NCBI GenBank assembly: GCA_045646945.1
Contig: JAZRLS010000022.1
Span: 1,181-65,180, forward strand
Direction: 5' to 3'
Origin: Eubacteriales bacterium
GTDB taxonomy: Bacteria; Bacillota; Clostridia; Oscillospirales; CAG-272
Length of the DNA stretch: 64,000 nt
The notes beneath the pieces were generated by a model, which saw nothing but the letters and a program-made list of their open reading frames with translations, was not told the origin of the DNA and did not search any database. This document shows, piece after piece, positions 51,389 to 60,857 of this stretch. A program made the position numbers and the translations under genes. Numbering within the stretch: the stretch's first letter is position 1; every line of letters starts with the position of its first letter.

Positions 51389-52008
51389 TTCTTTTCATCC
51401 TCTAAAAAACGAATGAATTTTTTGCGATGGATCGGAGAAGGACCGTAGGTGCGAAGTGCATCCATATGTTCTTTGGTTCCATAGCCCTTATGCTTTAAAA
51501 TTCCGTATTGAGGATAAGCTTGATCCAATTCTATGCATTGACGGTCTCGCGTAACCTTTGCCAGAATAGAGGCTGCCGCAATGGAGGGTGAGATTGCATC
51601 TCCGTGAATCACTGCCTGCACAGGAAGAGGAAAGTCACGTGATATGTTTCCGTCAATCAGCGCGGCATTTGAGGGGAGGGGAAGGGATAGGATCGCGCGA
51701 CGCATCGCAAGAAGGGTTGCTTCTAAAATATTCGTTTCGTTAATCTCTTCGACACTTGCTTCTGCAATGGAATACGCGATTGCTTCACGACAAATGACAT
51801 CAAATAATTTTTCGCGTTTCTTTTCCGTCAGTTTTTTGGAATCATTCAAGCCATCAATCACAAGTCCCGTAGGAAGAATGACGGCAGCGGCGACTACGGG
51901 ACCGCAAAGAGGTCCTCGTCCAGCCTCATCTACACCGCAAACAATTGGAAATCCGCGATCGATCCATTCTTGCTCCAAATGATAATCTAGTTCAGCCATA
52001 TCGATCAC
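51385..52008 (-). CDS. rnhB: Ribonuclease HII
   Basis: GVDEAGRGPLCGPV, DSKKL, IDGN, IAAASILAKVTRD, HKGYGT. Confidence 0.96.
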   Translation of the reverse strand: MIDMAELDYHLEQEWIDRGFPIVCGVDEAGRGPLCGPVVAAAVILPTGLVIDGLNDSKKLTEKKREKLFDVICREAIAYSIAEASVEEINETNILEATLLAMRRAILSLPLPSNAALIDGNISRDFPLPVQAVIHGDAISPSIAAASILAKVTRDRQCIELDQAYPQYGILKHKGYGTKEHMDALRTYGPSPIHRKKFIRFLEDEKK

Positions 52009-52874
52009 CCGTTTGTTTGATCCAATGAAATCCGTCCGATTTTTGCAGCGCGAAATTCATCGATCAGCATATTTGCCGTACGCTCGGTATTGACCTCACC
52101 GCCCGAAACAAGAAAACCGCGCTTTTTGCCAATCAGGCACAAAAGATCGTAATCGTCCATTTCGTCGGAAGAGGGAAGTGATTCTAATTTATAACGCTCA
52201 CAAAGCAGCTTAGGATACTGGTTACGAAGACGGTGACAAAGCATGCACGCAATCGTTTCAATATCAAGAACATCATCCTTAATCGCACCGGTAATTGCCA
52301 AATTCTCGCCAACTACGGGATCTTCAAATTTTGGCCAAAGAATTCCGGGCATATCCAAGAGCAATATTCCAATATTGGTAGATACCCATTGCTTATCTAA
52401 GGTGACACCGGGACGGTTTTCCACCTTTGCTTTTTTGTTTCCGCAAAGCTTGTTGATCAGGGAAGATTTTCCCACATTGGGAATTCCTAAAACCATTACC
52501 TTCAAGGATCGTCCCGTCATTCCTTTTTGTTCATAGCGTGCGAGTTTTTCTTCACATAGCTTACGAAGCGCGGGCATAATTTGCGAAAGACCTTGACCGC
52601 TGACGCAATCGGTTTCAATACAAACAGTATGCTCATTGGTTAGCCGCTGTGCCCATTCTCTTGTGATGAGAGGATCTGCGAGAGATGCTTTGTTTAGCAA
52701 GATGATCGTAGGCTTACTCGCCGTCAATCGCGAAATTTCAGGGTTTTTTGAGCTGTACGGAATGCGAGCATCCAAAAGCTCAATGACAGCATCCACGTTT
52801 TTTAAATTTTCAGTAATCAGCCGTCTCGTCCGAGCCATATGCCCGGGAAACCATTGAATATTTTGAGATGGCAT
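52005..52874 (-). CDS. rbgA: Ribosome biogenesis GTPase RbgA/YlqF
   Basis: IQWFPGHM, DARIP, GIPNVGKSSLIN, PGILWPKF. Confidence 0.95.
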   Translation of the reverse strand: MPSQNIQWFPGHMARTRRLITENLKNVDAVIELLDARIPYSSKNPEISRLTASKPTIILLNKASLADPLITREWAQRLTNEHTVCIETDCVSGQGLSQIMPALRKLCEEKLARYEQKGMTGRSLKVMVLGIPNVGKSSLINKLCGNKKAKVENRPGVTLDKQWVSTNIGILLLDMPGILWPKFEDPVVGENLAITGAIKDDVLDIETIACMLCHRLRNQYPKLLCERYKLESLPSSDEMDDYDLLCLIGKKRGFLVSGGEVNTERTANMLIDEFRAAKIGRISLDQTNG

Positions 52875-52890
52875 AGAATTCCTCCTTGTG

Positions 52891-53538
52891 TTAAGAAACA
52901 ACTCCCATACGAGAAAATGGTGTCAGGCGAAAAACGACCTTCCCAAGAATTCTTCGTTCATCGACAAAATCCACTTGGGGATGTCGGCTATCCTTGGAGT
53001 TGTATCGGTTATCTCCCATAACAAATACGTGATTTTCCGGAACAGTAACGGTCTGTGCCGCGTACGGAGGCATTCCTTCGTATTTTGCGTAATCTTCTTG
53101 TAATTCAAAGACATTGCCATTGATATCGGTCACGGTAACGATCATTTGATCACTCGCGTATTGAATGGATACGGTTTCTCCTTCGGTAGCAATAATGCGC
53201 TTTACAAGCGGTTCGTTCAAATCTCTCGCATCCTTACCCGTTTGATGAAAAACAATGATATCTGCGCGCTTTGGGGTATAAAAGAAATCCGAAATGATCA
53301 ATTTTTCTTCCGCAAAGAAAGTATTTTCCATCGAAGCACCGCTGACGGTACATAGGCGAAAAACCGAGGTTAGAATCAAAATAACCGCGCACATCGCAAA
53401 CACAAACATCTCAAGGATATCCAAGATAGAAGAAAGAAAGGATGTTTTGATAGGAGATGGCGAAACCGAATTGAAAGCTTCGTTTTTCAAGGTGTTTTCG
53501 TTCTCGGGAAGCGTTTCGTTTTGACGATGATCAGACAT
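52891..53538 (-). CDS. lepB: Signal peptidase I
   Basis: VSGASMENT, LVKRII, FVMGDNRYNSKDSR. Confidence 0.93.
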   Translation of the reverse strand: MSDHRQNETLPENENTLKNEAFNSVSPSPIKTSFLSSILDILEMFVFAMCAVILILTSVFRLCTVSGASMENTFFAEEKLIISDFFYTPKRADIIVFHQTGKDARDLNEPLVKRIIATEGETVSIQYASDQMIVTVTDINGNVFELQEDYAKYEGMPPYAAQTVTVPENHVFVMGDNRYNSKDSRHPQVDFVDERRILGKVVFRLTPFSRMGVVS

Positions 53539-53557
53539 AAATTTGAACCTCGTTTTT

Positions 53558-54772
53558 TTATTTTTCAATCAACTGTTCCATCAAAGTATATCCGTTGGGA
53601 ACGTAAAGATTGGTCGTACGCGCTACTGCTTCATCAAATCCAAGAGTTCCGTTGTTCTTTTCCTTGGAAGAATAGATCATAAAGGGAACTGCATCCATGC
53701 TGTGGGTTCTGATACGGATCGGCGTGGGATGATCGGGAAGAATCATAATTTTAAAGTCTTCTCCGCTAGCTTTGAGGTAGTTATATACGGGGGTAAGAAT
53801 CTTTTGATCAATCCGTTCGATCGACTTGACCTTGTTTTCAATTTCTGCACGGTGACCGCATTCATCCGGACCTTCTACGTGTACGTAAACAAGTTCGACA
53901 CCGCGACGGAAGGCATCAATGGTGGCATTTGCTTTTCCGTCGTAGTTGGTATGTACGTTACCCGTAGCACCCTCTACGTCAATCGATTCCATTTCAGCGC
54001 AAAGACCGATACCCTTAATCAGGTCTACGGCAGAAATAACGGCGGCATTCAAACCCCATTTCTGCTTAAATGAAGGAAGCTGAGGCTTTTTACCGGGGCT
54101 CCACAGCCAAGCAGAGTTGGCAGGCTTCAGACCTCTTGCTTTTCGGTCAAGATTTACAGGATGATCCTTGAGAATTTCGTAGCTTGCTTTCATCAGCTTC
54201 AAGAATTCTTCGCCACCGTCTTCCAGCTTAGGAAGATAATCTCCAATGCGCTTGCCGAGAATATCGTGCGGGCGCATAAAATTATATTTATCATTTCCGT
54301 TTTTCCAAATCAAGCAGTGACGATAGCTGACACCCGTATAGAATTTACGATATTCATTTCCAAGCTTTTCTTCCAAAGACTTGATCAGAAGATCCGCTTC
54401 GGGCGTCGTGATTTCATCCGCACTATGATCGAGAATGATGCGATCTTCATAAGCATCCTGATCTTCGGTTAATGTTACAACATTGCAACGGTATGCCGTC
54501 TCATCGGGCTGCATTTCAATGCCCATACTAACAGCTTCCAGGGGCGAACGTCCTTTGGAGTAAATCTTAGGATCAAAAGAAAGAATCGCCATATTTGCCG
54601 TGTCACTTTCGGGAACCATTCCTTCAGGAACGTTAGAAACCGTTCCCACAATTGCTTCTGCCGCAAGAGCATCCATCATCGGTTTATTTGCTTTTTGCAT
54701 CGGCGTTGCATTGCCAAGTACCTCGATGGGTTCATCAGCCATACCATCTGGAATCAAAACTAAATATTTCAT
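53558..54772 (-). CDS. apgM: ApgM-type cofactor-independent phosphoglycerate mutase family protein
   Basis: DGMAD, PESDTAN, GRSPLEA, YTGVSYRH, SAVDLIKGIG, HVEGPDECGH, PDHPTP. Confidence 0.88.
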   Translation of the reverse strand: MKYLVLIPDGMADEPIEVLGNATPMQKANKPMMDALAAEAIVGTVSNVPEGMVPESDTANMAILSFDPKIYSKGRSPLEAVSMGIEMQPDETAYRCNVVTLTEDQDAYEDRIILDHSADEITTPEADLLIKSLEEKLGNEYRKFYTGVSYRHCLIWKNGNDKYNFMRPHDILGKRIGDYLPKLEDGGEEFLKLMKASYEILKDHPVNLDRKARGLKPANSAWLWSPGKKPQLPSFKQKWGLNAAVISAVDLIKGIGLCAEMESIDVEGATGNVHTNYDGKANATIDAFRRGVELVYVHVEGPDECGHRAEIENKVKSIERIDQKILTPVYNYLKASGEDFKIMILPDHPTPIRIRTHSMDAVPFMIYSSKEKNNGTLGFDEAVARTTNLYVPNGYTLMEQLIEK

Positions 54773-54859
54773 AAAGAACACCTCATCTTTTTAGTATCAA
54801 TTAATATTCTATTTATTATAACATATTTTTTCAATATTTACAATGGATTTTTAAAAAAA

Positions 54860-54888
54860 GTACGGTCGTTTTTTAAAAACGACCGTAC
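54860..54888 (-). terminator. Intrinsic terminator
   Basis: GTACGGTCGTTTTT-t-AAAAACGACCGTAC with T run on minus strand. Confidence 0.8.
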
Positions 54889-54896
54889 TACACAAG

Positions 54897-55331
54897 TTAT
54901 TTCAGATTTTCGATGATATCCTTTACCCAAGCAACCAACTCTGCCTTTTCTTCCTCGGTAACCTTGCCGCCGAAGAAGGGGAGTCCGCCAAACTTTACGT
55001 ATTTTACGTTTTCGATTACGTTTGTACCGGTTTCCTTCAAAACCTCAAGCAGTTTTGTTGCCATCTTTTCATCGCCGTCAATGAAGAGCGCTACGTTTTG
55101 TGCCTTTTTCTTATCAAGCTCAAAGCAGAAACGACGAAGAACGTCATCAGGCTCGCCCTTGCCGGAAACAGCCAAAATGACCAAACGTTCGTTTTCACAA
55201 GAATAGGCAGGGGGAATAATATCAATCGCGTTGTGATTTTGAGAAAGATCAAATTCGGTCTTTACGACCTCAGCCATTGCTTTCATCTTAGCTTTGCCGG
55301 AGTAATACAAAAATCTCATTTTCAATGCCAT
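54897..55331 (-). CDS. Flavodoxin-like fold hypothetical protein
   Basis: FLYYS start, LVILAVS, NVALF, terminal EEE...AWV helix follow flavodoxin topology; GGAGG RBS. Confidence 0.6.
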   Translation of the reverse strand: MALKMRFLYYSGKAKMKAMAEVVKTEFDLSQNHNAIDIIPPAYSCENERLVILAVSGKGEPDDVLRRFCFELDKKKAQNVALFIDGDEKMATKLLEVLKETGTNVIENVKYVKFGGLPFFGGKVTEEEKAELVAWVKDIIENLK

Positions 55332-55442
55332 AATGTGTCTCTTAAGCCTCCAAAAAATAATATGATATACACATTATATCAAGAAAAAGAAAAATAATCA
55401 ATAGCTTTTTAAAAAAATAACAAATATTTTCTAAAAGCTTGC

Positions 55443-55471
55443 TTGACGGAAAGTAAGAGATATGTTACAAT
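55443..55471 (+). promoter_or_regulatory. sigma-A promoter
   Basis: TTGACG-17 bp-TACAAT with TG extension. Confidence 0.6.
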
Positions 55472-55645
55472 AGTATATATTTATAAATCACTGATGAAGA
55501 GAGTTTGCTTTGATCAATGCTTCTTGTCCGAGAATCCACCTAAAAGCCTGTTTGAAATTATACAAAATTTGCATTTTGTATAATTTTGTTTCTGCCATAA
55601 AATACGCTCCCCCGTATCGATTTATCTCCTTGGAGGTGTTTTTTC

Positions 55646-56338
55646 GTGCCCTTTCTTCCTTTTGATTATTTGGTAATTTCTTATCAATCCTTTGATTCTC
55701 TTTCTTTGAAGGACACTATTTCTTTTTTCTCTGAATGCGGAGTTCGGAAATTTATCTTTCTTTTGAACTTTGACCGCACACGCCACACCGTTTCTTGGAT
55801 CAAGGATCGTCAAAAGTTACTTGATCAATCCCTGCGTGATGTGCATCCTAAGGGGCTTATTGTTTGCTCTTTTCTAAATCTCGAGCTCTCTGAAGGAATC
55901 GTTTATGATCCAGCTGTAGAACGTTTGATTCTCAATCATTCGCCGTTTCTTTTTGTTAAAATACCACTTTTTTGCGATGACTCTTGGATTGATTCTGATT
56001 TAAATTATCTTTTGTTTAAAAAGAAAATTTCTCCGATTCTTACTTCCTTTGAAGGAAATATTCATACCAATTCTCAAGCTAGAATTGCTCAAATGCTTCG
56101 CTCTCAAGCATATCGTTTTTCTTTGGATCTGAATTACCTTACCGCACTGAATTCGGATTTTCTTTTCAAGCAAATTATTTCCCGGGAAATTTCGTTATTA
56201 CCATCAATATCACACGACGTGTCGAATTATGTTGCAATTACGCAAGCCTTTTCCGATCTCAAAGAACGTGTGGGAAATGCCGCATATACTCGGTTGGCCC
56301 GTAATTTTTTAGAAACGGAAAAAATCTTTATTGATTAA
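55646..56338 (+). CDS. Hypothetical protein, distant CpsB/YwqE (PHP) phosphatase-like
   Basis: GGAGGTG RBS, GTG start; FLFVKIP...PILTSFEG...SISHD resembles YLLIEFP...PIIAHPERY...SDAH. Confidence 0.55.
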   Translation: MPFLPFDYLVISYQSFDSLSLKDTISFFSECGVRKFIFLLNFDRTRHTVSWIKDRQKLLDQSLRDVHPKGLIVCSFLNLELSEGIVYDPAVERLILNHSPFLFVKIPLFCDDSWIDSDLNYLLFKKKISPILTSFEGNIHTNSQARIAQMLRSQAYRFSLDLNYLTALNSDFLFKQIISREISLLPSISHDVSNYVAITQAFSDLKERVGNAAYTRLARNFLETEKIFID

Positions 56339-56376
56339 AATCATTATTCCACAAAATAGCCATAATTATACAAAAA

Positions 56377-56637
56377 TCAAACTTTATTTTTTTGATACTT
56401 GAGTTTGGTAGCTTCGCCTCCGCGAAGATGTCTTTCCTTTTTATTTTGATCGAGCACTTCTTTGGCTTGTTCATATAAGGATTTATTGACTCGTTTTAAC
56501 GTTTGTGTAATATCCTTATGTACTGTACTCTTACTAATCCCAAAACGCGCGGCAACTGCACGCACGGTGGCTTTGTTTTCCACCAAATATGCGGCAAGAA
56601 GGACGCACCTTTCTTTTCCCGACGAAATATACATCAT
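56377..56637 (-). CDS. spoIIID: Sporulation transcriptional regulator SpoIIID
   Basis: ATVRAVAARFGISKSTVHKDI...NKKERHLRGGEATKLKY. Confidence 0.96.
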   Translation of the reverse strand: MMYISSGKERCVLLAAYLVENKATVRAVAARFGISKSTVHKDITQTLKRVNKSLYEQAKEVLDQNKKERHLRGGEATKLKYQKNKV

Positions 56638-56684
56638 ACCATTACCCCTTCTTCTCATGGATTGATTTTCGCTTATTCCTTATC

Positions 56685-56714
56685 AATATATGAAGAAGCT
56701 CGGCTGGCAAGAAC
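56685..56714 (-). promoter_or_regulatory. Putative sigma-E promoter of spoIIID
   Basis: Minus strand GTTCT-17 bp-CATATATT, same as upstream of spoIVA. Confidence 0.7.
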
Positions 56715-56740
56715 CAATTCTTATATCCAAAGGATTTTTT

Positions 56741-57541
56741 ATGAAACAAATCAAACAAATCAAATCAGAGGAAGAAAAATTTATCGTCTCTGATCGTTTA
56801 GAAGGCATGACATCGATATCGGCGTTAATCAAAGCAATTGAGGCCGGTACCAACGAAAGAAAAATTTTGAAGATTTTTTTTGATCGTGAAAAATGCAAAT
56901 CAAAACGAGCGGAACTCGGCTTTTTACGTGCAAAATCTGTGCAGTTAGGGTTTGAAATCGAGTTGGTTTCTGCAGAAGAAATCCAACAAATCAGTATCGG
57001 AACAACGCATGGCGGTGTTCTTGCGGAATGTACACCACGGAATTTGCCCGAGTTAGAATCGTCTTTCATAAAAGAAAACGGTGTGTATTTTCTGTTGGAT
57101 GGCGTAGAAGATCCTTATAATTTTGGATATGCGGTCCGTTCGCTTTTTGCTGCCGGTGTAGATGGACTTTTGCTTCCGCCAAGAAACTGGATGGGGGCGG
57201 CAGGTGTCGTTGCACGTGCGTCGGCGGGTGCTTCCGAGCGGATGAATATCTTTGTAGGTGACCCCACAAATGCAGTAAAATTGATGAAAGAAAAAGGATA
57301 TCGGGTGATTTGTGCAGGAATTCGCGATTCCGTATCTTTGTATGATGCCGAGCTTTCAGGACCTCTTCTTGTTATTTTGGGGGGCGAAAAACGCGGGATT
57401 TCAAGAGCACTTTTGGATGAAGCCGATCAAATTGTTCGGATTGATTACGGATCGGATTTTGGCGGCTCGCTATCTACCTCTGCGGCAGCTGCCGTATTTG
57501 CCTTTGAAATCTTGAGGGTTCATCGTGAATTCAAAAAATAA
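56741..57541 (+). CDS. TrmH/SpoU family RNA methyltransferase (RlmB-like)
   Basis: DGVEDPYNFG, ARASAGA, GGEKRGIS, RIDY...SLST. Confidence 0.88.
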   Translation: MKQIKQIKSEEEKFIVSDRLEGMTSISALIKAIEAGTNERKILKIFFDREKCKSKRAELGFLRAKSVQLGFEIELVSAEEIQQISIGTTHGGVLAECTPRNLPELESSFIKENGVYFLLDGVEDPYNFGYAVRSLFAAGVDGLLLPPRNWMGAAGVVARASAGASERMNIFVGDPTNAVKLMKEKGYRVICAGIRDSVSLYDAELSGPLLVILGGEKRGISRALLDEADQIVRIDYGSDFGGSLSTSAAAAVFAFEILRVHREFKK

Positions 57542-57624
57542 ACCATAACTATTTATCCTTTGTTAAAATTATTATGCTATAATTAAAAAAAGTTTACGTT
57601 TGCTTTTGAGGTATGCATTCAACC

Positions 57625-58452
57625 ATGAATAATAAAACTGTTTCAAAAAAATTCGCCGTTATTGGCGTAGGAAATATGGCAAAGGCAATTCTCGGTGGAG
57701 TTTTGTCCTCCGAGCTTCCTATTTCTCAAATTTTCCTTTTCGATCGTAATTCAGCGCAATATGGAAGTTTTGCAAGCTCTGTGCTCTTTGTACAAGCACA
57801 AAGCATTGCGGACGCCGTATGTTCTGCAGATATCGTTTTACTTTCGGTCAAGCCGCAAAATTACGACGAGGTATTGAGCGAGATTCAAACCGCGACCGAT
57901 TTTGATCAAAAGTTGTATATTTCCATTGGCGCAGGAATTTCCTCTCAGAGCGTTTCCGAGCGGTTGAACGGTGCGAATGTTGTTCGGGTGTTGCCAAACG
58001 TTCCGATGTTGATCGGTCAGGGCGTTTCGGTCATCTGTCAAAATCCTTCCGTGCAACAGGACGATTTTGATTTTGTCTGTTCCCTTTTCCGCTCTGCAGG
58101 AAGTATTCTCCTGATCGATGAAAAAGATATGAACCCTATTATTGGTGTCACATCATCTTCTCCTGCCTACGTATTTCAATTGATTTCGGCGATGTACCAA
58201 GGTGCTTTGGCGCAGGGACTTTCAAACGATGGTTTGTTAGAAGCCATTTGCGACGTTGTGATCGGTTCGGCACTCACTTTGAAGGGGTCTCAAGATTCTC
58301 CCGAAGAATGGATCTCGCGCGTAGCATCTAAGGGCGGAACAACCGAACGCGCGTTAGCCACACTCAACAATTATCATTTTTCTGAAGCAATTTGCGAAGC
58401 AATGAAAGCATGTACAGCACGTGCAGACGAGCTTGGCAAGCTTTCTCGGTAA
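57625..58452 (+). CDS. proC: Pyrroline-5-carboxylate reductase
   Basis: IGVGNMA, SVKPQ, SIGAGI, RVLPN, SSPAYVF, VASKGGTT. Confidence 0.94.
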   Translation: MNNKTVSKKFAVIGVGNMAKAILGGVLSSELPISQIFLFDRNSAQYGSFASSVLFVQAQSIADAVCSADIVLLSVKPQNYDEVLSEIQTATDFDQKLYISIGAGISSQSVSERLNGANVVRVLPNVPMLIGQGVSVICQNPSVQQDDFDFVCSLFRSAGSILLIDEKDMNPIIGVTSSSPAYVFQLISAMYQGALAQGLSNDGLLEAICDVVIGSALTLKGSQDSPEEWISRVASKGGTTERALATLNNYHFSEAICEAMKACTARADELGKLSR

Positions 58453-58513
58453 TTTTCATCGAAAAATCCGCATACATTGGTAGTACAATTGATCAATAAA
58501 GCGGAAGGAAAAG

Positions 58514-59125
58514 ATGATGGTATTCAAAGCAAGAGGATTTTCGCAGTTTCATTGGACGTCAAAGCATCGAAAAAGTAACGTTGATCCATATGAAATTGAA
58601 CGAGTAAAAATATTGTTTCAATATTTTGTAGTGATTGCTTTTTCTATCCTTTTTGGGATGCTTCTTTCACGTTATGTTTCTCCTTTATTATTACATGAAC
58701 GAGCTATCAAGCATTTTTCTTCCCCATTTCTTTATTGCACGACTGCCGCGGAGCTGTTTTGGAAATTTTTTTACTACTCAATTTCGGATTTGATTTGTAT
58801 AGCAATCTCCTTTTTGTCTGCCTTTACTGTTTTCCATTATTTTGTCTCGGATGTTATTCTTTTATATCAAGGATTGACACTGGGATTTTTAATTACAACG
58901 CTTCCCAAATTATCCCCCTTCTGCCACAATGGAGAGCTTTTTCTCTTGGCTTTCTTTCGCATTTGGATGGTCATTTGTTTTTTTATCCATTTGTATCGAA
59001 TTGCTCTTTGCTCTTATCCATCAAGGCGTGTCCAATGGGGGACACTGATACTTTTTACAATCACCGCTTCCGGAATTATTGTACTCTCAACAGCCATATA
59101 CTGTGGACTGATTTATCTCATATAA
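58514..59125 (+). CDS. Membrane protein, possibly divergent SpoIIM
   Basis: About 5 TM, QGLTLGF motif akin to SpoIIM KGF..GF; upstream GTAAT-17 bp-CATACATT sigma-E-like promoter (58449-58478). Confidence 0.5.
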   Translation: MMVFKARGFSQFHWTSKHRKSNVDPYEIERVKILFQYFVVIAFSILFGMLLSRYVSPLLLHERAIKHFSSPFLYCTTAAELFWKFFYYSISDLICIAISFLSAFTVFHYFVSDVILLYQGLTLGFLITTLPKLSPFCHNGELFLLAFFRIWMVICFFIHLYRIALCSYPSRRVQWGTLILFTITASGIIVLSTAIYCGLIYLI

Positions 59126-59149
59126 TAAAAAAGATAAGGAATAAAAACA

Positions 59150-60133
59150 TTGGATACTGAAAAGAAAACGAAGAAAAAATTTAAGCTCTTTGACATGAAT
59201 CGAGATGGTAAGGGCGTCTATGAAGTAGAAAACAGAAAACCCACGTTAAAATTCTTTTTTGTGCTTCTTTGGAGAAAATTATCTCAACTGTTACAATTGA
59301 ATTTGATGATGCTTTTCAAGATTGTTCCGATTTTGATCATTCTTGGTCTCTATTTGCTTGGAACTAAAACACCGACAGTTACCGAAGCGATTTATGTTCC
59401 GATCTCGGGAATTACAAAAATCATCCCTGCCCCCACATTAACGACAGCATTGGATCTTTCCTCTATTCAGATGGAACTTCCCGTTCTTAGTCCTTGGATG
59501 AACGTGCTGATCATTGTTTTAGCACTTTTTCTTGCTTTGACCTGGGGATGGCAGTCGGTCGGCTCTACGTATGTTTTACGTGGTCTTTTCCGTGGAGATG
59601 CCGTCTTTGTATTTTCTGATTATTTCCATGCAATCAAGAAAAATTTCAAGCAAGCGTTCTTTTTGGGACTGATTGATTTTATTTTTACCGCAGTTCTTAT
59701 TGTGGACTTTATATTCTTCTATTATCGGACCGGTGTGACCTTTGGTATGGATTTGATGTATTTTACAATCTTCGCCATGGGAATTATTTACATTGTGATG
59801 CGATTCTATCTGTACCACCTTTTGATTACCTTTGAGCTTTCTAATTTCAAGATTATTAAGAACGCGTTAATCTTTTCCGTTCTTGGAATTAAGCGAAATA
59901 TTATGGCATTACTTGGATTTGTTGTATGTCTCGCACTCAATATTTTCTTGATTATTCTTCTTTTGCCCATTGGAATATCTATTCCGCTAGTATTACCTTT
60001 TGTTTACATTCTTGCGCTTTTTGGATTTATTTCCACATATGCAGCCTATCCAATCATCGACCGCTATATGATTCAGCCATATGAAACCTCGACAGAGGAA
60101 ATTACTGACGGTGTGCAGGATGAGCTTGAATAA
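59150..60133 (+). CDS. DUF624/YesL-like membrane protein
   Basis: LLQLNL, SDYFHAIKKNFKQA, IIKNALIF motifs; multiple TM. Confidence 0.7.
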   Translation: MDTEKKTKKKFKLFDMNRDGKGVYEVENRKPTLKFFFVLLWRKLSQLLQLNLMMLFKIVPILIILGLYLLGTKTPTVTEAIYVPISGITKIIPAPTLTTALDLSSIQMELPVLSPWMNVLIIVLALFLALTWGWQSVGSTYVLRGLFRGDAVFVFSDYFHAIKKNFKQAFFLGLIDFIFTAVLIVDFIFFYYRTGVTFGMDLMYFTIFAMGIIYIVMRFYLYHLLITFELSNFKIIKNALIFSVLGIKRNIMALLGFVVCLALNIFLIILLLPIGISIPLVLPFVYILALFGFISTYAAYPIIDRYMIQPYETSTEEITDGVQDELE

Positions 60134-60145
60134 TTTGATTTTCTG

Positions 60146-60173
60146 GGGGATCACGAAGCTATTCGTGATCCCC
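60146..60173. terminator. Hairpin between convergent genes
   Basis: GGGGATCACGAA-gcta-TTCGTGATCCCC. Confidence 0.75.
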
Positions 60174-60857
60174 TTGAATTAATTCAGACACAGTTACGAA
60201 TTCATAGCCGCTTTGAAGAAGCTCGGGTATGATTAATCGCAACGCGTTACACGTGGTGTTCCCACCCGAAACGTAATCGTGCATCAGAATAATATCGCCT
60301 CCGCGAATTTGAGATTTTACCGTTTTTAGAATTTCTGTTGGAGGATTTAATGCCCAATCATTCGTATCTATACTCCAAAGAACCACGTTGTATCCCATTT
60401 CTTTTGCAACGTCTTTCAGATAGCAATTCATCATTCCTTCGGGAGGACGAAATACGTGAGGGCGTACTCCGCAGATTTGATATATGGTATCCTCGCAATG
60501 CTTGATTTCCAGTTGCAATTTTTCCTGAGCAAGATTTTTGATGCGGCAATGGGTATCCGTGTGATTTCCGATTTCACACCCGTAGTCAACGATTTTTTGA
60601 AGATCTTTTGGATAATTTATTGCATTTACTCCAACGATAAAAAAGGTTGCGGTGATGTGATATTCTTCCAAAATATCTAAAATTTCTTTGGTGTATTTTG
60701 GATGAGGTCCGTCATCAAACGTCAGCGCAATTTTTCCTGCTTGTTTTGTATTGCGACAATAAACATTCCCGTATAATTCTTCCGCAGTACTTGAAAAGCG
60801 AAACGGAACGATCAATGCTGAGAAAATCAAGATGAAAGAAAATATCCGTTTGATCAT
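60159..60857 (-). CDS. Polysaccharide deacetylase (CE4/NodB domain)
   Basis: ALTFDDGP, GNHTDTH, FRPPEG, WSIDTNDW, IILMHD; signal peptide. Confidence 0.92.
   Translation of the reverse strand: MIKRIFSFILIFSALIVPFRFSSTAEELYGNVYCRNTKQAGKIALTFDDGPHPKYTKEILDILEEYHITATFFIVGVNAINYPKDLQKIVDYGCEIGNHTDTHCRIKNLAQEKLQLEIKHCEDTIYQICGVRPHVFRPPEGMMNCYLKDVAKEMGYNVVLWSIDTNDWALNPPTEILKTVKSQIRGGDIILMHDYVSGGNTTCNALRLIIPELLQSGYEFVTVSELIQGDHE

Noticed and set aside
55491-55557. CTGATGA as a hammerhead ribozyme core
   Set aside because: No convincing stem II followed by GAAA, and no stems I or III
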